Shown here one piece after another: positions 57,559-64,000 of a stretch of DNA of 64,000 bases. Location of the stretch: NCBI GenBank assembly GCA_963850125.1, contig CAWKKB010000013.1:112280-176279 (forward strand), given 5' to 3'. The notes under the pieces are model-generated. The model was not told the origin of the DNA and made no database searches. It saw only the letters and a list, made by a program, of their open reading frames with translations. The position numbers and the translations under genes were made by a program. The stretch is from an uncultured delta proteobacterium (GTDB lineage: Bacteria > Desulfobacterota > Binatia > Binatales > Binataceae). The first letter of the stretch is position 1, and every line of letters starts with the position of its first letter.

Positions 57559-59355
57559 TCAATGTTCGGATCGATGCTCAGCAGGACCTTGGGCCGGCAT
57601 AAGATTGTGCGCCGTGTTGACCAGCGAGACATGGGTAAAGGCTTGCGGAAAATTTCCCAGCTGGCGGTGAAGAACGGGATCGTATTCCTCGGACAGCAGG
57701 CCGACATCATTGCGCAGATCGAGCAGACGCAGGAAGAGATCGCGCGCCTCCTGAATGCGACCGGCGATCGCATAGTTATCGGCGAGCCAGAACGTGCATG
57801 GCAGGAACGCGCCCTCACCCGGCGGCAGGCCATCGACGCCGGTCTCGGTTGGGTATCTGAGCACCAGGCCTCGGTAGATAAGTTCCCGCTCGATTGCAGC
57901 GACGGTTGATACCACGCGCGGATCATTTGCGGGCAGAAAACCGACCAGCGGGATCATCAGCAGCGACGCGTCGAGAGATTTCGAGCCGTAGTATTGGACG
58001 AACGAGTTGCGTTCCGCATCAAAGCCGCGAGTGCAAACGTCGCGATGAATCTCGTCGCGCAGTGCTCGCCAGCGATCGATCGGGCCCTCGCCGAAACCGT
58101 GGCGAATCTCCTTTACCGATCGATCGACTGCCACCCACGCCATCACCTTCGAGTGCGTGAAATCCTGCCGGGGGCCACGCACCTCCCAGATTCCCTCGTC
58201 GGGTTGCTTCCAGCCCGACTCCAGGAAATCCATCAGCGCATTCTGCAACCGCCAGGCATCGTCGTTGCGCTCCAGCTTGTACTTGCGTGCGACGTGCAAG
58301 GTGTCGATTACCTCACCATAGACGTCGAGCTGAAACTGCTGGTGAGCGGCGTTGCCGATACGCACAGGCGAGCTGTTCTCGTAGCCAGGCAGCCACGGCA
58401 GCTCCAACTCAGTGAGCATTCGTTCGCCCGCAACTCCATACATGATCTGAGTATCTTGCGGATGACCTGCTATTGCTCTGAGTAGCCATTCGCGCCAGGC
58501 GCGCGCCTCATTCATATAGCCAGAAATCAATAGTGCGTAGAGCGTAAAAGTAGAATCGCGAAGCCAGCAGAATCGATAGTCCCAATTGCGCGAGCCGCCT
58601 AGACACTCAGGAAGGGAGGTAGTCGGCGCCGCAATGATGCCACCGGTGGGAGTATATGTGAGAGCCTTCAGCGTGATTAATGACCGCAGGACGGGGTCGC
58701 GCCATTCGCCCTGGCAGGTGCAGCGGCCGGCCCAATCGCGCCATCGTTGTTCGGTGTCCGATAGCATGCGGATCGGATCTGCGTCGCCCGGTTCCTCTTC
58801 GTGCGAGGGATAACTGGACAGCCTGAACGTCTCGGATTGACCCTGGCTGATAGTAAATTCGCCGAAGGTCGTATAGTCCTTGCTGGTCAATGGTACCGCC
58901 GTGCGAAACGCAATCGCACTCGGCCCCGAGACCGCGCTGAGACCATAGTCGCGTTTTCGTACCCACGGGATGCTGTGCCCGTAGTCGAAACGCAAGATCA
59001 ACTCGGATCGCATCGGCACCTGCCCCCGGATGCCTTTCACGATTCGAATCACATCGACCCGCTCCGGACGCTCGGCAACCGGCATGAAGTCGATGACGGT
59101 CGCAACGCCGCTTTCGGTTTCGAACTCGGTTTCGAGCAGCAGCGTACCATCCCGATATTTTCGGCGCACTTGCTTGACGTCGCCCTGCGGCGCCAGGAGC
59201 CAGCGTCCGTTTTCCCTGGTTCCGAGAATCGCCGCGAAGCATGCGCCCGAATCAAATCGCGGCAGACACAACCAGTCGATCGACCCGGTGCGGTCGACGA
59301 GCGCGGCCGTGCGCAGGTTTCCGATCAGCGCATAGTTCTCGATTGGACTGCTCAC
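57559..59355 (-). CDS. Glycoside hydrolase family 15 (trehalase/glucoamylase-like; resembles actinobacterial GH15 trehalase)
   Basis: 598 aa. N-terminal YALIGNLRTAALVDRTGSIDWLCLPRFDS is very similar to the N-terminus of mycobacterial GH15 trehalase. (alpha/alpha)6 catalytic domain follows. Confidence 0.7.
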   Translation of the reverse strand: MSSPIENYALIGNLRTAALVDRTGSIDWLCLPRFDSGACFAAILGTRENGRWLLAPQGDVKQVRRKYRDGTLLLETEFETESGVATVIDFMPVAERPERVDVIRIVKGIRGQVPMRSELILRFDYGHSIPWVRKRDYGLSAVSGPSAIAFRTAVPLTSKDYTTFGEFTISQGQSETFRLSSYPSHEEEPGDADPIRMLSDTEQRWRDWAGRCTCQGEWRDPVLRSLITLKALTYTPTGGIIAAPTTSLPECLGGSRNWDYRFCWLRDSTFTLYALLISGYMNEARAWREWLLRAIAGHPQDTQIMYGVAGERMLTELELPWLPGYENSSPVRIGNAAHQQFQLDVYGEVIDTLHVARKYKLERNDDAWRLQNALMDFLESGWKQPDEGIWEVRGPRQDFTHSKVMAWVAVDRSVKEIRHGFGEGPIDRWRALRDEIHRDVCTRGFDAERNSFVQYYGSKSLDASLLMIPLVGFLPANDPRVVSTVAAIERELIYRGLVLRYPTETGVDGLPPGEGAFLPCTFWLADNYAIAGRIQEARDLFLRLLDLRNDVGLLSEEYDPVLHRQLGNFPQAFTHVSLVNTAHNLMPAQGPAEHRSEH

Positions 59356-61121
59356 TCGAGTCCCCCGGTTGAACTATCGCCATCTTCAGGCGTCAAGATC
59401 GCGACGGACGCGGGCGGTAGATCGATTGCGGCGCCGTCGATTCGAACGCCCTGCCTGGATGCGAGTGACACGCGCAAGCGATTCGCATCGTGCGCGATCG
59501 GGACGCGTTGAGGAGTCGTCGCGAAGTTGCAAATCACCACGGACTTCCCGCGATTGACGCTTATCCAGCGCGCCGCTTCGTCGAACATGACCGCATCGAG
59601 ATCGAGCCGTCCGTTCTCAAAGTCAGGCACGCGTCGGCGAAGAGCGATCAGTTGGCGATACCATTCGAATACTTCGCGATGCTCCCCGCGCTCGCGCTCG
59701 CTCCAATCGAGCCTGGAGCGTTCGAACGTCTGCAATGCTTGCGGATCGGGAAGCTCCGATGCGTCGGCGACGAAATGTGCGAATTCCGCTCTGCGGCCTT
59801 TGCGTACCGCCTCGGCAAGCGCGGCATCCTGGTGATCGGTGAAGTACTGAAACGGGCTCGACGCGTTCCATTCCTCGCCTTGAAACAACATCGGGATAAA
59901 CGGCGACGTCATCAGCAGCGCCGCGGAAATTTTGAGTTGATCCATCGTCACCAGACGCCCGAGCCGCTCGCCCATCGCGCGATTGCCGACCTGGTCGTGA
60001 TTCTGCATGAACGCGACGAATCGATGCGCCGAAAGCCCGAGCACCGGCCTGCCATGCCTCCGCCTCCGACTCTTCGCATAAGTACCATCGTAAACGAAGC
60101 CGCGGGTAATGCATTTCGCGAGCTGCGCGATCGAGCCGAAGTCGCCCAGGTAGCCGGCCGCTTCGCCGGTCAGGATGGTGTACAGCGCGTGATGAAAATC
60201 GTCGTTCCATTGGGCGTCCAGGCCGTAGCCACCCGCTTCGCGCGGCGTGACGACTAGCGGCTGGTTGAGATCGCTTTCGGCGATCACTGCGAAGTGACGT
60301 ACCACTTCGGCTTCGAGCTGACGGACCTCCGCGCCCAGTTGCTCGAGAAAGTGAATCGCGGAGGCGTCGAAGATCGCGTGGATCGCGTCGATGCGCAGGC
60401 CGTCGACGTGATAGTCGCGCAGCCACATCAAGGCGTTGTCGCAGAAAAATCGCCGAACCTCATCGCTGTCGCGGTCGTCGAGGTTGACCGCGTCACCCCA
60501 GGGCGTGCGATAGCGATCGGTAAAGTACGGACCGAATTTGGCGAGATAGTTCCCCTCCGGACCGAGGTGATTGTAAACGACGTCGAGAATAACGCCGAGA
60601 CCATGCCCATGCGCCGCATCTACGAAGCGCTTCATCGCGTCGGGGCCGCCGTAGGAATGATGGGGTGCGAAAAGATCGACGCCATCGTAACCCCATCCGC
60701 GCGAACCGGAAAACTCGGCCACCGGCATCACCTCGACGTGAGTGACGCCAAGATCGCGCAGGTAGCCAAGGCGATCGCCGGCGGCGTCAAACGTGCCCGA
60801 CGGCGTGAAAGTGCCGATGTGGCATTCGTAAATGATCGCCGACGACAGCGGCGCCTGCTGCCATTTCGTATCGCGCCATTCGAAAGCCGAATGATCGACG
60901 GGCCGCGACAATCCGTGCACGCCGTTCGGCTGATACGGTGAACGCGGATCGGGCAACGGCCGACCGCCATCGAGGCTGAAGGCATAGTCGGCGCCCGACA
61001 ATTCCGGAGTCAATTCAGCCTGCCACCATCCGTCACTCGATTGATGCATTTCGACGCGCTGATTTGCCGTAACCATCGCGGCGCTTGCCGCCGATGGCGC
61101 CCACACGCTGCGCCGATTCAC
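59352..61121 (-). CDS. treZ: Malto-oligosyltrehalose trehalohydrolase
   Basis: About 589 aa from GTG at 61121 (2 nt after the treY stop). The conserved VWAP...DGWW N-terminal block and GH13 motifs (VILDVVYNHLGPEGNYL, GLRIDAIHAI). The ORF-track start at 61265 overlaps treY by 142 nt and is unlikely. Confidence 0.85.
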   Translation of the reverse strand: MNRRSVWAPSAASAAMVTANQRVEMHQSSDGWWQAELTPELSGADYAFSLDGGRPLPDPRSPYQPNGVHGLSRPVDHSAFEWRDTKWQQAPLSSAIIYECHIGTFTPSGTFDAAGDRLGYLRDLGVTHVEVMPVAEFSGSRGWGYDGVDLFAPHHSYGGPDAMKRFVDAAHGHGLGVILDVVYNHLGPEGNYLAKFGPYFTDRYRTPWGDAVNLDDRDSDEVRRFFCDNALMWLRDYHVDGLRIDAIHAIFDASAIHFLEQLGAEVRQLEAEVVRHFAVIAESDLNQPLVVTPREAGGYGLDAQWNDDFHHALYTILTGEAAGYLGDFGSIAQLAKCITRGFVYDGTYAKSRRRRHGRPVLGLSAHRFVAFMQNHDQVGNRAMGERLGRLVTMDQLKISAALLMTSPFIPMLFQGEEWNASSPFQYFTDHQDAALAEAVRKGRRAEFAHFVADASELPDPQALQTFERSRLDWSERERGEHREVFEWYRQLIALRRRVPDFENGRLDLDAVMFDEAARWISVNRGKSVVICNFATTPQRVPIAHDANRLRVSLASRQGVRIDGAAIDLPPASVAILTPEDGDSSTGGLE

Positions 61122-61123
61122 GG

Positions 61124-63772
61124 CTAGATTCCTTCGCGCGCGAGCAACGCAACTGGAAATCGGCGCATCAGCTCGGCAAGTTTCATACGTCCAACACGAG
61201 ATCGCTCGCCCGTCATATGATTGATCCAGTCGCCGCGCGGCAGTTCCACTTCGGTGTGGCGCCAATCGCCGCCAAGCTTCGCCACCAGCCGAGGCACGAC
61301 AGTGACGACCGAGTCACCACGAATAAATGCGACGACGTGGTCGCGACGCGATCCGTGAACGTCGAGCGGCTCGATGCCGGCTTGCGGCCCGAACCATTCC
61401 GGGTGCCGCTTACGCAACGCGAGCCCGCGCCGAATGAGCCACAACTTCGGCATCCCCTCGTCGAAGCGCTCCATCACCTGTTCGGGCGTGGCGTTTCGGA
61501 GATCGGCGAGCATACGACGTCGCAGATCGAAGTCTTGCGGCCGGCGATTGTCCGGATCGACCAGCGCGAGATTCCACAGCTCGGTGCCCTGATAGAAGTC
61601 AGGCACGCCGGGCGCGGTAATTTTCAGCAAGGTTTGCGCGAGCGAATTTATCCGTCCGGGATAAATCAACGTCGTGACAAATTCATTCAGCGCGTCGATG
61701 AAATCGGAATCGCCGTAGATACCTTCGATGAATTTCCGCACCGCGTCCTCATACGCGGGAGCCGGGTCGGTCCACGAGGTGTGGACCTTGGCTTCGCGCG
61801 CGGCCTTTTCCGCGTATGCGAGCAATCGCGATTCTTCGAGAGGCCATGCGCCGACCATGGACTGGTAGAGATGATATTCGAAGTTACGATCCGGCATCTC
61901 GCCGCTACGATGGCGCCCGTTGATCGCGGCCCAATGGCTTACCGCGTGGCTCCATCGCTCGGGTTCCTCCGACAGAAGAAACAGCCGCGCTCGCACATCT
62001 TCGCTGCGCTTGGTGTCATGAGTCGAGGTCGCTAGCATGGTGCGCGGCCAATGACGATGCATCTTGCGGCACCACGCGATGAATTCCGCGGGCGCGACGC
62101 CAAAGCAATCCGGATCGCCGCCGACTTCGTTGAGCGCGAGCAACCGGTTGAAGGAATAGAAGGCGGTGTCCTCGACGCCTTTCGCCATCACGGCCGCCGA
62201 AATCTGCTGGAATCGAAGCGCCAACTCCGCGCCCATTTTTCCGCCGGTTCGTAGCGACAGAATATCGCGCAGGAAATCGAACAATCGCGGGTCGAGGTCT
62301 GAGCGGTACGCTTTGGCCGCCTCTATCTCGGCCGAGATTTGACACTCATCTTCAGGAGCGACTTGGTTGGGCGCTCGAACGTAAGTGCGGTAGACCGGCA
62401 GGCACGCCATCGTCGCCCGAATAACTTCGTGAGCTTCGTGCCGGGTGTAGTCGCGATGAAGGCGGTCAGCTTCGCACAGGTCCAGCAGCATCGCGGTGAG
62501 CGTATTGATCTCGCTGCCGAGGGTATCGCGCATCGCAAATTGCTTGCGCGCGCGGACCAGCGCGGCATAATCGGCCGATTCGCCGGTGAACTCTCGATAG
62601 AAGTCCGTCAACGGCTGAGCGCCGGCGGAATCGACGAACAAGCGCCCAGCGATATTCAGAAAGTCGTAACCGGTGGTGCCTTCGACCGGCCACGACTCCC
62701 GCAGGCTCTCGGAGCCGAGAAGAATCTTTTCGGCGACGATCCAGGTATCGGGGCACGCCGCTCGCAGGCGCTGAAAATATTCGAGCGGATCGCGCAATCC
62801 GTCGGGATGATCGATCCGCAGTCCGTTCACGCGCCCCTCGGAGACCCATCGGATCACCAGTTTATGCGTCGCGTAGAACACTCGTTCGTTCTCGATTCTG
62901 AGACCGACCAGCGAATTGATATCGAAGAATCGCCGATAACCGAGATCGCGCGCGGCCATGCGCCAATACGCGACTCGATAGTTCTGCTGCTCGAGAATTT
63001 CGTGCAGCAGGTCGGGATTGCCGTTCAATTGTTGCAGGACCTGGTCAACCGCGCTGGCGGCAGCGGCGTCCTCGTTCAGCAGCTTCACCAGCATCTCGGC
63101 CAACAACTTTTTGTCGCGATGCCGCCGCGTAATGCTCGTGAGATCGGTCGAGGCCGGCGACGGCAATGCGTCGAATCCATCGGCAAGAAACGCGAGCGCG
63201 TCGCTCCCGCTTTTCAAGGCCGCTGGATCAAGAATCTGGCGCAGCGAACGCGGCGCGACCGGGAACACCCGATCGCCGATGCGCACTTCGAAGTTGCCGC
63301 CGTCGCGAACGACCTTCAGTTTCCCGGCCTCGAGCAGGATGCCGTATTGATCCTCGAGCACCGGCATCAGCACCGTGTTGTGAATGCGCCGTTCCGGCGG
63401 CTCCCAGTCGACATCGAAGAACTCGGCGTACGCGCTCGCAGGTCCATTCTCCAGCACGTCCCACCACCACGGATTTTCGCGGTGGATCGCCATGTGGTTC
63501 GGCACGATGTCGAGGATCTGGCTCATCTTCGATCGTTCCAGCGCGGCGCACATTCGATCGTAAGCGTGATCGCCGCCTAACTCACGGTTTACCTTCGAAT
63601 GATCGACCACGTCGTAGCCATGAGTACTGCCCGGCGCGGCCTGCAAAAGCGGCGAGCAATACAGACAGTCAATACCTAGTTCTTCCAGGTACGGAATGAC
63701 TTTGGCCGCATCGTCGAAGCCGAAGTGGCTATTCAGTTGGACGCGGTAAGTAGATAACGGGTCGCGGTTCAC
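61124..63772 (-). CDS. treY: Malto-oligosyltrehalose synthase
   Basis: 882 aa. N-terminal YRVQLNSHFGFDDAAKVIPYLEELGIDCLYCSPLLQA and RIDHPDGL motifs. GTG start overlaps the glgX stop (GTGA). Confidence 0.85.
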   Translation of the reverse strand: MNRDPLSTYRVQLNSHFGFDDAAKVIPYLEELGIDCLYCSPLLQAAPGSTHGYDVVDHSKVNRELGGDHAYDRMCAALERSKMSQILDIVPNHMAIHRENPWWWDVLENGPASAYAEFFDVDWEPPERRIHNTVLMPVLEDQYGILLEAGKLKVVRDGGNFEVRIGDRVFPVAPRSLRQILDPAALKSGSDALAFLADGFDALPSPASTDLTSITRRHRDKKLLAEMLVKLLNEDAAAASAVDQVLQQLNGNPDLLHEILEQQNYRVAYWRMAARDLGYRRFFDINSLVGLRIENERVFYATHKLVIRWVSEGRVNGLRIDHPDGLRDPLEYFQRLRAACPDTWIVAEKILLGSESLRESWPVEGTTGYDFLNIAGRLFVDSAGAQPLTDFYREFTGESADYAALVRARKQFAMRDTLGSEINTLTAMLLDLCEADRLHRDYTRHEAHEVIRATMACLPVYRTYVRAPNQVAPEDECQISAEIEAAKAYRSDLDPRLFDFLRDILSLRTGGKMGAELALRFQQISAAVMAKGVEDTAFYSFNRLLALNEVGGDPDCFGVAPAEFIAWCRKMHRHWPRTMLATSTHDTKRSEDVRARLFLLSEEPERWSHAVSHWAAINGRHRSGEMPDRNFEYHLYQSMVGAWPLEESRLLAYAEKAAREAKVHTSWTDPAPAYEDAVRKFIEGIYGDSDFIDALNEFVTTLIYPGRINSLAQTLLKITAPGVPDFYQGTELWNLALVDPDNRRPQDFDLRRRMLADLRNATPEQVMERFDEGMPKLWLIRRGLALRKRHPEWFGPQAGIEPLDVHGSRRDHVVAFIRGDSVVTVVPRLVAKLGGDWRHTEVELPRGDWINHMTGERSRVGRMKLAELMRRFPVALLAREGI

Positions 63773-64000
63773 GCAACACGGCTCATCACAACGAGCGATC
63801 GTGACTCGATCTTAATTTTGGTTCCTGCCGCTCGCTGCCAGTCGTCCTCGGCGGGCGCGTCCCCGTTCCTGGTATCCAGGACCCGGGTCCAGCTTTGCCC
63901 CCATCGTTCAGGCGGCAGTACAAATTCCACGGGTTCCCAATAAGCATTGAAGATCAGATAGAAGGATTGATCGAGGACGCGACGGCCGGCGGCGTCGACA
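63769..64000 (-). CDS. glgX: Glycogen debranching enzyme GlgX/TreX, C-terminal fragment (gene continues beyond the window end)
   Basis: Hand translation of the minus strand gives ...VDAAGRRVLDQSFYLIFNAYWEPVEFVLPPERWGQSWTRVLDTRNGDAPAEDDW...VVMSRVA*, matching the conserved GlgX C-terminus (NAHHEPL.F.LP...W..V.DT). The stop overlaps the treY start. Confidence 0.55.
   Translation of the reverse strand, partial: VDAAGRRVLDQSFYLIFNAYWEPVEFVLPPERWGQSWTRVLDTRNGDAPAEDDWQRAAGTKIKIESRSLVVMSRVA

Overview
High-GC (~65%) bacterial chromosomal segment, likely from a soil lineage such as Acidobacteria or a similar phylum, carrying three main blocks. Taxonomy cannot be fixed without database searches. (1) Positions 228-19420 are an almost uninterrupted minus-strand array forming a hopanoid biosynthesis supercluster: hpnK-like deacetylase, hpnG phosphorylase (the only plus-strand gene), hpnA epimerase, hpnE/hpnD/hpnC squalene module, dxr, squalene-hopene cyclase with a DXDD motif, a Zn-dependent alcohol dehydrogenase, a polyprenyl diphosphate synthase, radical-SAM hpnH, a TetR regulator and a Gfo/Idh/MocA oxidoreductase. 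Aminopeptidase N, a GNAT acetyltransferase and two SDRs sit inside or at the edge of this block. (2) Positions 22371-29303 are an uncharacterised small-molecule or head-group biosynthesis cassette. On one strand: GmhB-like HAD-IIIA phosphatase, class-III PLP aminotransferase, ATP-grasp-like ligase, stand-alone sugar-phosphate nucleotidyltransferase and HAD hydrolase. Divergently: a fusion of a degenerate nucleotidyltransferase-like domain to a CDP-alcohol phosphotransferase with a textbook motif, followed by a B12-binding radical SAM enzyme. The shared promoter contains a perfect 16-bp palindrome. This cassette is the best candidate for a previously undescribed system in the window. (3) Positions 36383-64000 hold tRNA-Pro(GGG) followed by a trehalose/alpha-glucan island: GT4 glycosyltransferase, GDE-like amylo-1,6-glucosidase, MFS plus Kelch propeller, MsbA-like ABC exporter, glgE, treS-maltokinase fusion, glgB, an LpqY-SugABC-like importer, a GH15 trehalase-like protein, treZ, treY and a partial glgX. 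Between the blocks lie panB-panC, type III coaX, an MBL hydrolase, and PDZ and acidic Met/His-rich secreted proteins. A family of at least five short palindromic REP-like repeats, core GGGAGAGGATGAAGGTGAGGGTCCT after a CCTCTCCC arm, occupies the 3' ends of genes. No CRISPR arrays, transposases, integrases or rRNA genes were seen.
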